The position numbers and the translations under genes were made by a program. From Psilocybe cubensis (Eukaryota), in assembly GCA_017499595.2 (NCBI GenBank), contig CM039001.1:186001-250000 (forward strand): DNA of 64,000 bases. Direction: 5' to 3'. Below, one piece after another: positions 1 to 11,088 of the stretch (position 1 is the stretch's first letter; every line of letters begins with the position of its first letter). The notes beneath the pieces were generated by a model. That model was given only the letters and a program-made list of their open reading frames with translations, was not told the DNA's origin and searched no databases.

Positions 1-1249
1 CTCCGCCGCGTCATGTGACGGTTCCCGCGATCCGTTCACGGTCGCGTTTTGGAGCTTCTGCAAACCGTTTAAATGTTGAACGTGAACAGTGACCCCAGTT
101 CAATCTCGTTTAATATGGGTTGGATAGTAATGGGTATAATTATATCTTATTGTATGTACCAAACTCAATTTTAAAGCCTCAGACTTTTGCAAAAAAGACT
201 CATTAGAGCCTTCAAAAATTAATATTTACACCGGTAAGAAAGGTTTACTTCTGCTCTGATAGTACTGTATTCACTATGTACATGCTTTTGTGTGTATGCT
301 GGAGTGTGAACTGCTAAAGTATACATGCAAAGAGTGCATGCTGCAGTTGGCACATAAGATTGTATGCAATCTCCTCATTTCTTGGAAATAATTCAACTAG
401 TTATTGTTATGATCACGTTGACCCATGTCAGTACTCATTTAAATGGCTGAAAAGTGAAGTAAAAGTACAATCTACATCCTGAAACACAAATAATTCACAG
501 ATGAGACTCGGAATTTTGCATTTTCACCTTTAAATAAGTCATTTTATGCTCAAATTTAGGCAAGTTGATGCTTCCACTCCTTGATATTAGGCAAACGAGG
601 AAGGACAGATTAGTCTGACTATATACAAGAGTATAGTGTACTGATTTAGATGTTCTTGACATTACAATTTTAAAAAAATCTTCCAAATCATTGAAATTGA
701 TGGGAAGCGGGACTTGCAAGTTTTACTGCGGACCTCAAGTGAAGTCACAGACCTTTGTGACCTAGGGCCTAAATTTGGCGGGCGGTCACAAAAAGCTTGT
801 GACCGCACCTGTAGGAAGGCCACTGGGGTCTCCCTGTTCTTAAATTATCTGGTACTCACAGATCACACACATTTATTTAAATAAACATTTGATTTCAAGC
901 CATAATGATGAAACGTAAAAAAAAATGAAGAAAAATGAAGGTTATTGCGGGTCCCCCACAGCATGGGCCTCCCCTGTCATTTCTCCCCTTCGCCAGCGTC
1001 AGGTAGATGGAAGCACGATGATGGTTGTAGAAAACAATTGAACCAAAAGTCGAATGACATTTGACGTGCGTCTAGTCACGTGACTGCTCGCGTTGGCACT
1101 TGCCGTACCATTATTCGTTTCATTGCCGTCGCTGGAACCGCTCGGTATAAAAACTCGTCCTTTTACAAAGGACTCGTAACCTAGACAGTACCATGTATAC
1201 ATTGTTTTTGTGAATCAAAACATTGACTATATTAATTAAATTGTCAATG

Positions 1250-1436
1250 GGTGATACATATATTGAAAGCCAAGTAGAACTGTCTGTGAATTATTGTGGC
1301 TATATACATGATGAGAAATCTATGTGAGCTACAGAGGTGATACATAACATATTGAGAGAACTACTGGATTTTAAGTAGACCTGAGTGTGAATTATTGTGG
1401 CTACATACATGATGATAAATCTACCTGAGCTACATA
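1250..1436. repeat. Degenerate ~90-100 bp tandem duplication in AT-rich, probably TE-derived DNA
   Basis: gtgaattattgtggcta(t/c)atacatgatga(g/t)aaatcta..tgagctaca occurs at ~1287 and ~1387; ggtgatacata occurs at ~1250 and ~1337. Confidence 0.75.
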
Positions 1437-2140
1437 AACTACAAAGATGGCCACATAATCTACATAGACGGTGTAGCGCTACAGGCCTACACTAATAGCT
1501 GGGTTTCTACCGAAGCTACATAGCTTGGCAGGGGAACTCTGTAGAAAAATAATTTTTCCTGATGCGGCCGTGGCGCCCATGGGACTTGGTGTAAAACGGC
1601 TACATTTGATTGTGTGCATCGCGTATAACCTTGTAAAAAGCTCAGTATCCTTCACAGAAACATTATATATAGCCATATGACGCTTATAAAAACCCAATAG
1701 ACACTTTAACGTAGTTTTTGTGAAGAGATTATGGCTGAAACTGAGAATATAATGTATAATGAAGATTCTAGAATGATTCTCTTAATATAGATAAGGCGGG
1801 CACAGATGGAGCGTGTTTAAAGAGATGCTTCTAAGGTATAGGATCTGTTCATAGTATATAGAAAAATTGGCTCTCAGATTTCTCACATTGTTAGTAGCGA
1901 AACTTCTTGAATACACAAACTGCTGTTAATAAAGTATACTGACAGTTATATTCCAGTGCTTGTAGGTTTCTTGCGACTTTGAAAATACAAAATATGAGAA
2001 TGAAAATCTTGAAAGCAAAGATAATCAAAGTACTTGATTGGCGCATAGGGCTTTGGTGTTTGGTTCAACTCTCAGTAAATGATTTATTAGTTATTACCGG
2101 CGTGACACAGGCTGTGTGACATTTCGGCGCTGTACAGCAG

Positions 2141-2290
2141 TCTATGGTGAGTCCAGTCCTGGCGTAGTGGAAGTCACACGCGAAGTTTGGGTGCAAAAAT
2201 GTAATATTTTTGTCGCCACATCTCTTTCGCGTGGGGACACCCAGACTGACATGTGAAGTCTCGGTGAGGGTGTGTGCCCAGGCTCAAGCC
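2141..2290 (-). repeat. Split direct repeat B2 (150 bp), 3' terminus of the element
   Basis: Near-identical to 2666-2815 (tctatggtgagt...ggctcaagcc). Confidence 0.95.
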
Positions 2291-2399
2291 GGAACAGGCA
2301 AGTATATATACAAAGTAAACTGAGTAAAAAACGAGAATGAAAAGAACAAGACACAAGCAAAAAAAGAACGAAAAAGAAATGGGAAGTGGTAAGGGTAAG

Positions 2400-2665
2400 G
2401 AAGCAAAAAACAAGCTCTAGGCAGAGCCTAACGAGCTGTGTGAGTAAGAAGAGAGATGTAAAACGAAGTCTAACAAACCTAACAAGCTGTGTGAGTAAGA
2501 AGAGAGATGCGAAGACATGAAGAGAAAACGAGATCTATATATGAGCTGGAGAACAAAGGCCTTTAAAAAGCTGCAAGGCGAAATCTAATCTGATCAACGC
2601 ACCACATGCAATGCAAGAGATCCTTCCCTCTCATAGACCCGGATCAAATGAGTTTGATCTCCTCA
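2400..2665 (-). repeat. Split direct repeat A2 (266 bp)
   Basis: Near-identical to 8554-8819 (gaagcaaaaaacaagctctagg...gatctcctca); abuts B1 directly. Confidence 0.95.
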
Positions 2666-2815
2666 TCTATGGTGAGTCTAGTCCTGGCGTAGTGGAAGTC
2701 ACACGTGAAGTTTGGGTGCAAAAATGTAATATTTTTGTTGCCACATCTCTTTTGCATGGGGACACCCAGACCGACACGTGAAGTCTCGGCAAGGGTGTGT
2801 GCCTAGGCTCAAGCC
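2666..2815 (-). repeat. Split direct repeat B1 (150 bp)
   Basis: Near-identical to 2141-2290. Confidence 0.95.
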
Positions 2816-2879
2816 ACCGGGATAGCCCAGGGGAGAGCCAGCGGATCGGGAATTGGAGAAGGCGCAAGGGCCAAATGGA

Positions 2880-3850
2880 GACAAGAAGAAAGATGGAGTG
2901 TGCGGTCTGGAGGGGTGTCAATGTACAGTTTGTAACAGTTACTGCGCCAGCGGCCCAAAAGTTGAATCTCGAAATCCGAGTATCCTGCGCAGGCGGCGGA
3001 AGTAGCAGCGCCGCGTCAAAAGCTATGACCCGAATACTTGGACTCATCGACCCCAACAGCAGCCAGGCAGTTTTTAAGGGTGGAAATAAAAACCTGCCAT
3101 GACAATGGTGCGCCAGAAGCATCCGCAAAGAGTGGGGCTGTGGGTGCGCGTGGGTCTGCAAGGAATAGTGCCCTAAGAGCTATCACAGGACACGTAAGAG
3201 AGCCGCTAGGCGCCCGTGCAATGAGTATCGTAACACCAGAACGGAAGGGGTCAGTCTTGGAAGCAGGGAGAGTAAGACGGAGGTGGGTAGGGTTATCAAT
3301 GGAAGGGACAAACTCAATGGAGGATTGGGAGAGATGAGTAACAGGGTTGAATTTGGTATTATTTGGGACTGTAAACTCTCCGCAACGCAAGAAACCCGCC
3401 CATGCAAGTTTAATAGCAGCGTCAAAGTTCAAATTGTCAAGGAAGGCAAGGTTTCCGGCAGCGGAGGAGAGTCGCTGAAGAATGCTGAGGGTGATAGGGA
3501 GCTTGGGGACACGATGGTCGCCGTAGACTATTTTGATTCCACGAAAGACGTGCTGTGTAGTGGGCAAAGTAATGCATTCGGGGAAGAGTCCAGCATCAAC
3601 ATGCAAGGAACAAACACCGGACAAGTAGGATTTAATTGTCGTATACTTGAGCCCTCTGTCTGCGAGGGAGGCCATCCATTTGGCAATGGCAATGGGATTG
3701 GCAGGGAGGAATACACCGGGCTTTGCTTGGTATTTTGGGTTGAGGGTGACAAAGTCGAGATAACTTTTTTGGGCTGATGAATAGGTTTTGCGAGTGCTGG
3801 CAGCAAGGCCGTGCCAGAGGTAGAACGCGGCTCTACGAGAGAACTCAAAG
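2880..3850 (-). pseudogene. Tyrosine recombinase ORF of the retrotransposon; premature stop in the HxxR motif; boundaries approximate
   Basis: ORF 3016-3675 has TIKSYL, GFLRCGEF, SKTDPFR and YSGHSF. TGA replaces the Arg codon, and the frame continues RGAATSAACAGYSDFEIQLLGRWRSNCYKLY. Confidence 0.9.
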
Positions 3851-5744
3851 TGCGCTTTATACCAGTGATCTGGGACTTCGTTGATGAAGAGCTTCTTTTG
3901 AGCATCAGCCGCAGAAGAAAGAGACGGCTGTACTGAAAACGAGAAGCAGCGTCAGCAATAGCATTGGCACTGGTCGGAATCCAGACACAAGAAAAAGAGA
4001 AATTTAAGTGTGCCGCCAACATGAAAATCATCCGCACGGTGGACATAGCGGGAATTGACTGCCCAGTTCCCGAAGAAAGCCATTCCACAACAGCCTCATT
4101 GTCGACGTGAAAGATGACATGACAACCAAACCAGAGGTCGCCCCAACGGAGGATTGCGTGAAGCACTGCTAAAGCCTCCTTAAATTGAATATCGCACCCG
4201 CGGAAACGACGAGGACAGCGAGCAGAAAACCAAAGGTCCTCAAAATGCCCCCCCATACCCTTAGTCCCACTGGCGTCTGTGTAAATAGACACACTAGGGC
4301 GGGGTGGTTGCAGAATGCGTATGCCGTTCCAAGGCATGCAAAAAACAGTCCACCAGTGTAGGTCGACTCGCACCCCTTGTGACACATGGCATTGCTGAAA
4401 TGGTGAAGAGAATTTCATAGAGAAATTGATAATGCGGCGAATAAATGTGCGCGAATAAAGAATGACTTGCGAAGCAAATTACAGGAATCCTACCAACTCC
4501 TGAACTTCCCGAAGTGTAGCAAGAGTCTTTGTACTCCAAGAGCAAAGTAAGTCGCAGAGAAAGGCAAGTTTGACGGGTGGAAGGCGGGCTTCCATGAGCA
4601 ATGAGTCGAGTTCAATCCCAAGAAACTCAATCGATGTAGACGGCCACACAGTTTTTGCGTCCTGAAACTCCAAGCCAAGACAGCAACCGAGGCCCATGAC
4701 CCACTCCACCACCTGAAGGCATAGCGACCTAGGCATAGAGCTACCAAAATTAAGAAAAAAGTCGTCCAAGTAATGACGCAATTGAGCAGGTATATGGCGC
4801 TGGATAATCCAATGTAGTGCCTCTGCAAAAAGATTGAAAATGTAGGGCGCAGAGTGCAAGCCAAAAGTAAGCACCGTGCAGTAGTAGAAAAGACCCTTCC
4901 AAGAAAAACCCAAGTGATGCCAGTCGGCAGGGTGGATGGGTACGTGGCGGAAAGCATCTTTCAAGTCTAATTTTGCCATAAGAGAGCCTGGACCAGAGCG
5001 TGTAAGATCTTCCACTGCGCGCTCAAACATGTCGTAATGGATATGTGCCTCAGAGTCCGCAATGCCATCATTGATTGAAGATCCCGATGGATAAGACAAG
5101 TGATTGATTAATCAGTGCTTACCAGGGTCGTGTTTCTTGGAGATGGCGCCTAATGGAGAGCAGAAAAAGTCCGGCAGTGGAGGTGTCGGGAACGGGCCGT
5201 GAACTTGAGCATTATCCACCAGCTTAGCAACCGCAGCGTCCATGAAAGCTGAGTCTTCAAATGCGGAGCGCAAGTTAGAGCATGAGTGCTCCATGTTGGG
5301 CCCGACAAATCCAATATCTGTGCCATGCTCAACGATGTTAAGAAGTGACGAGACAAAGGTGCAGTCAGGATAATCACGGAGGAAAAAAGACCAGGATTGC
5401 AGCACAAGCGGGGTTGACACTCTTGAATGAGAAAAAGAATCATCATAGGAAGACAGTAAATTACAACGTGGATCTGTATTAGGGCAAATAGGTGGGAGGC
5501 ATGAAGCCGGTGGGAAAGAATTATGATGAGAAATACAAGAATAAAATTCAGACAAAGTGAAATTGACAGAAGCAGGGGAAAGAAGAGAGCTGGGGTGAGA
5601 CAATGGTGTTGAATCAACAAAATTAAACTTTGAAATAGAAGGAAGATTGGTCTGAGGGTGGACTACAGAATGGGAAAGAAGAGGAATAGAAGTAGAGCGA
5701 GCCTCCGAATGAAGATTAAAAGCAAAGGAAGAAGAAACAGACAA
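3528..5744 (-). pseudogene. Reverse transcriptase-RNase H ORF of the retrotransposon, broken by in-frame stops
   Basis: ORFs 5112-5744, 4479-5099 (KLDLKDAFRHVP, TFGLHSAP, YLDDF, FLGIELD) and 3528-4418 (YTDASG, KEALA, VDNEAV, NAIADAASR) share a frame and are separated by stops. Confidence 0.92.
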
Positions 5745-5768
5745 AGATTGGCTCGCCCCACCAAGTGC

Positions 5769-8330
5769 CTACCCGCTACGTGTGCAATCGGTCTTACTGT
5801 AATCATCTGCGCCACAAGATTGGCACTTGTGAAGACGTCCAGTTGGGCAGGGGAGAGTTTTGCAGGTACCACAATTGAAATTGAAACAGGTTTGCTGCGC
5901 CACCGGGGTCTTTGTAGAGAACGAAGATGATGAACCCGAGGTGCCTGAAGTGCTCAAATGACCTTTAGGCGCCACCGCTATAGCAGTGCCGCGGGCGTGA
6001 GGTGTGAGGCAAATGGCTTGCAGAGCAGCGTTGGGTACCATCCACCCAGAGAAATCACCGTGTGACATTTCCTTGGATCTGCGCAAAAAGAAACGCTGAT
6101 GATACGCAAGGATGGCATGCCAGTGATACGTTCTACTGAATGTGGTGATTTGTGCACAGTAGTACGCAAAGGCGGAAATTACTTCCCCGGTTGCCAACGC
6201 AGACCCGGATGACGCAGCGTACTGGCCCAAGATATTGAAGTAAACAAAGAGGGGTTCGAGCAAGGACTGCAGTGTAGGATAATCCTTAGCTGTGCCCAAA
6301 CGGGGCTTCACGGTGATATGTCTTGCTTGGGGTGACGGTGCAATTCCCAAGTCAATTGCTGCGACGTTTATGTTTGTCACTGGGAGGGAAGCAGAGCTAT
6401 TAACACACTCTACAGGAAAGCTTCAAATTTAAAAGATAAAATATGTGGGGTGATGTGCACTGTGCTGCACGTTGTTGCACTTGGTAAGAGTCTAATTCAA
6501 CTCAATTTCCAAACACAAAATAAGAGCGCTTGTTAGATTTGTGTGCGCACACGCTTCCTTCAAGTCCCTTCGGTGTATAGTGGTCTCGTTCAGAGATGAG
6601 ATTCTCTTATAGTTTGTTGGTGGACCCTCGAAGTCCCAAGTAATACGAAAACTGCAACCCTCGAAGTTACAGGTGCCCTCTTGGCTAAACAAATACGAAA
6701 CTGCGACCCTCGAAGTCACAGGTGCCCTCTTGGCTTAATCGAAACGGTGTAGGAGCTCTTCCCTCGGAGAAGAACTGGCGGACCTACGCCGGTGGCCTCT
6801 TGCCCTGGTCACTTTCTGAGAATTAACTCAGAACGTGTAGAATGATTGACTTGCAATATAAGAGCGCTTAACGAACAAGAGCGCTCGATATTCAAGTCCG
6901 GGTGAACTACACTCGGTCTTCCTTCACTTAGACGACGAGCTCGTCCGCAAAACAATTTATCACACAATGGGAACACGAAGATTTCAGAATAAATCTGTAC
7001 TCTCGATTCTTGGGTATGAGATTGCTTGGCCTTACACTACATGACACGGTTTAATTTATACTACAAGTACTACTGAGAAATGGAGACCTGACTAACTAAT
7101 ATTACATTATACAAACAAGAATTGGTAACAAGGTTACTGCGCATAACGAGTCAGACTCGCAAGGCAGTGGTTTTTATTCCTTCATCCGAGCGGTTAAGCG
7201 CTCTTGATTTGTCTAAGTCAGTGATTACATCAGCGATGCGCAATCACACGCTTGATCCAACGACTCATTCTGACTAGGAGCTCTTAATAATGGTTCCTTC
7301 ATTTCTCCGTTTCTTGGCATATAGGTAGCGTCAGACTGTCGGCTTTACACGCCGTCGTGCCAGAACGCTGCGTAGCAGCACTTGGAGAGTACCATACTGT
7401 TTCAGATAGATGCCTCGAGGCCGAGTGCTTAGTCATACCATCTGGTGACGGTTACTTCAATATCATTGGTTGGTCATTGCGGAACGCGATGAATTAAGGT
7501 TTGTAATTTGTCTTGCGCGCTAGGTCTAGGACCTATGTGATGCTTATTTCATCATGCACGGGAACCTACAGAGAACATGCGATTCCAGCTTCAAGGTACT
7601 AAGCAAGGTTTCTTCCCCATTGGGTAGGTAATGCCTAATTAGGTACTAGCGGTAAGAGCGCTTAGTGTGCGATCTCTTATTCACCGTTGCTGTTGCTTCC
7701 CCAAGTTCTCAGCTGTCATACGCATGCCTACTATAGATAGTAGTCTTGATTCGGCATAAATTACTCTGTACCCAGTTGTGTATAACTATATCAATAGCAG
7801 CAACACACCCTTCGACATCATAATGCGCGTCTAATAGATGGTTTCTCCCGTCCTTCGTACGTAAGAGCGCGTACTTGTATACATGAGAAATGCCAAAAAT
7901 TCAGCATTTACACGCGTAGACAATTCCTTGTCTCTTTAACGGTGATGTTGTCGTTTTCAAGTACAATGGAAGACCGCACATCGTGGACCTTCTCGTGTGC
8001 AGACAAGTCCAATTTGTTCAAGTTGAGAGGGTGGAACGTGAACTGGATGATTTCCAGGATGGTGGCACGAGGAACATTGGGGAAAAGATCAAGAAGAGAC
8101 TCACTGGTAGCAGAGCTCGACGCCGCATTGCTGATGAAAGTCGGGATTTGCATCGACGCAGCAACAGGAGCCACAGGCGGGGGTGGAGGGGGCGTTGGAA
8201 CCTCAACACAAGGTGAGCCAATCAGACCGCAATTGAGCAAAATCTCAAACTGCTTGTTGGTGAGTATGATCCCCCCTAGGCCTATGCCTGAAGAGGACGG
8301 AACACCTTCCCCAGAGTTCGATCCAGACAT
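5769..8330 (-). pseudogene. Gag-like ORF1 (~310 aa once rejoined), interrupted by a 1.6 kb insertion
   Basis: N-terminal half in ORF 7908-8567 (ATG at 8330), C-terminal half in ORF 5769-6380 with CFNFN..C....C...RLHKCQSC. Deleting 6318-7946 rejoins them in frame as ENDNITVKPRLGTAKDYP. Confidence 0.8.
6318..7938. mobile_element. Non-coding 1.62 kb insertion nested in gag, flanked by an 8-bp direct repeat; possibly derived from an LTR retrotransposon
   Basis: acggtgat at 6310-6317 and 7939-7946; internal ~50-bp tandem repeat at 6645-6740; recurrent aagagcgct motif; TGTCT(6319)...AGACA(7922) just inside the ends; no long ORF. Confidence 0.65.
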
Positions 8331-8553
8331 GCTAGAGCTCAATGATGAAAGGGAAGAAGGGGATGATGGTGTAGGAGATGAAAGGGAGATGCTCAGGAGG
8401 GCGGTTACAAGACTTGTTTTGTCGTCCGTTGACTGAACGGAGGGAGAAGAGGGGACCGAGTCGGTGTCGCTCTCAGAAGATGAGGACTGAACAGCGAGTG
8501 CGCCGGGGAGGAAACGGCCGCAAGCGTCTTGAAGACGAGCCGGAATGGCTAAA

Positions 8554-8819
8554 GAAGCAAAAAACAAGCTCTAGGCAGAGCCTAACGAGCTGTGTGAGTA
8601 AGAAGAGAGATGTAAAACAAAGTCTAACGAACCTAACGAGCTGTGTGAGTAAGAAAAGAGATGCGAAGACATGAAGAGAAAACGAGATCTATATACGAGC
8701 TGGAGAACAAAGGCCTTTGAAAAGCTGCGAGGCGAAATCTAATCTGATCAACGCGCCGCACGCAACGCGAGAGATCCTTCCCTCTCATAGACCGGGATCA
8801 AACGAGTTTGATCTCCTCA
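8554..8819 (-). repeat. Split direct repeat A1 (266 bp), 5' terminus of the element
   Basis: Near-identical to 2400-2665; contains an internal duplication of cctaacgagctgtgtgagtaagaa.agagatg. Confidence 0.95.
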
Positions 8820-8959
8820 ATTGCTCACGTGACACTTCGGACCAACTTCAGCAAAATGTCCGCCGTGTTGCAAGCAACCAACAACCAACGTCTAACCTTC
8901 AAGTTGAACCAACCACCAACCTTCAAGTTGAACCAACCACCAACCAACCAAAGACAGAC

Positions 8960-10247
8960 ATGACATCGCTGCCACCAAAAGTCCCTCGCAGACTTCGGCA
9001 TCTCGCTCACGTCGTAAGCGCATACAATGCGTGTCTGAGACTCGAGGCGTCCATTCAACAAGCCATTAACGACAATAGCGAGGATGTTGGGAAGAAAATG
9101 ATATACGCTCGCATCCTTGGATATCTTATCCATTATGTGCCCACAGATCAAGGACTGAAAACAATTGTCGACGAGATTGCTTCATGCAAAGACGACATCG
9201 CGTGTCTGCAGTTAGGAAGAATGTATTTCGAACATTTCATTAGGGCGTGTACGTTTTCCTAACTCTACCTGTTCAGTCTGTATCTAATGCAATTGGTTAG
9301 TTAGAGCGAGAAAAGGTCGCACATCAACACCTTCCAGTAGTGCATCTCGGCCCTCCTTCGATACGATACAAGACATGATCAAAGACACCTTGGTAGAGGC
9401 CCCCCAATCCCATAAGCAAGCTAAGCAACTGGTCGGTGTTGTTCTCCCTTTTCAAGCGTTCTTGCTCATCATTATTGTCAGGCCCTTATACGTGATGGTT
9501 ATCGTTGTGTTGTAACAGGGGGATACGATCGCAACTCAGTCCGCACTATCGCGGAGTTAAAGCGAAGAGTCACGTCGGACCCTAAGGGGGTGTCAGCGCT
9601 GACAGAGTGTGCTCACATATTTGCTGAGTCCACTAATGCTTCCATCGGCCCAGGCTCGGAGAAAGTATGCCGCCTTTTATCCATTTTGACACCTAATAAC
9701 AATATCCTCTAATAGCGCGAGTATGCTGCCAGTATGTGGGCAGTAATGACGCGCTTCGGTTACGAAAAACTTCCGGAGGAACTAAATGGCGCCCGGGTCC
9801 ACCGATTAGAAAACGTAATGACTTTGGTTCCAGCCTTTCATTTGGATTTTGATGGATTAGAAGTTTGGTTTGCCGCAACGGTATGTCCAATGTGCCGTTG
9901 GGCTCTTTGACATACAGCTAACATTTTGTTTACACATTCATCAGGAGGTCGAAAATAAATATAAACTCGAAGCAGTGGATTCCTTGACATTGCGAGGCTA
10001 TCCTGAATATGTTACATTTACGTCACCCGATCCCGCCAAATACCCCCTTCCATCGCCGGTGTACCTTGCAATTCATGCTGCATGCGCCAAGGTTGCTCAT
10101 CTATCTGGGGCAGCTGCATGCATCGACAAATACGACGAAGATTTGGACGACAGTACGACACTCGATCCGAGCGGCAAATCTGCAGACCTGCTTGAACACG
10201 CGCTTTTCAAGGGACTGCAGGCGTTGGCCGAAGTCCAAGCAGAATGA
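8960..10247 (+). CDS. Fungal HNH-endonuclease-domain protein (HNH_2-like), about 5 exons
   Basis: Spliced translation contains ALIRDGYRCVVTG, TECAHIF, HRLENVMTL...HLDFD and PLPSPVYLAIHAACAKVAHLSGAA. GT-AG introns lie near 9247-9300, 9432-9481, 9665-9714 and 9881-9944. Confidence 0.85.
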
Positions 10248-11088
10248 GAGCACGTTTGTGATAATGAAAAAGTAGGAACACCAGTATGGTATCCATCGGT
10301 TTTCCTCACATCAGTTAATTACTGCCTGTGGGTGCATCTTTACTAATCTTTGACCTTGTCTAATATTTCTCGCAGCTATCCGCGCAATATGGATCTCGTC
10401 AAATCTTGAGAATACCGTCGCACTTGTGCATGTTTATTCAAACTGGTCAGGAGCGTTAATTTATAGGACTCTTGCCACCCCGAATTTACAATGCCGAAAC
10501 TCAAGAAAGATTACGCTCGTGCGATAACGAAATGTCACGCCTTCTGTGAAGAGCGTCCAATTCTTGCAGTTTTTTTTTTCTCTCTTTCACTCTGACCTTC
10601 TCTGAATACATTCGGACACTCCACTATTATTCTGTACATTCGTTTGTCACAGAATGAGTTGAAATCGAACTTAATATGTTCCAAGTCTATACAATTGAGA
10701 ACATACATGAGAGAAGTAAGTGATGATGAAGCGACATTTTCAAGAAGATTGGAAGAAACGTATGGTACACTATAATATAATGCAGGGTATGTACAAGGGA
10801 ATGCAAAAGGGATGATGTAGATTAAAATCCGATATATCTAGTAGTAGAAAATAGTGCACGAGATGGGTGATATTTAACATGGTGAGATAGGATAGAAGTA
10901 GGACAAGCAAGAACAGGAACAGACAGCAAACGATAGCACTAGTTGAGTCGATAACACAGTATAGGCCGGGGTGTAGGCTGAACATTAAAACCAAAAAAGG
11001 GATGACCGAGATAAGAAAAAAAAGAAGAATTCGTGTAATACGCAAGGGCACATCTGTGTTCAAAGATCAATGTTTCGATGTTCATCGA

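Larger units (their letters stand above)
2141..8819 (-). mobile_element. Ngaro-type (DIRS order) tyrosine-recombinase retrotransposon, full length but degenerate
   Basis: Minus-strand order is gag (Cys/His knuckle), RT (YLDDF), RNase H (YTDASG), tyrosine recombinase (SKTDPFR, GHSF*RGAA, LLGRW..Y). Split direct repeats: A1 8554-8819, B1 2666-2815, A2 2400-2665, B2 2141-2290. No target-site duplication. Confidence 0.93.

Noticed and set aside
6341-7927. Alternative 7-bp duplication (caattcc) as the boundary of the gag insertion
   Set aside because: Excision at these sites shifts the gag frame and hits a stop, whereas the acggtgat pair restores it
8717-8959. N-terminal extension of the HNH ORF from a TTG start
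   Set aside because: Non-ATG start inside the transposon A1 repeat; the ATG at 8960 is the plausible start
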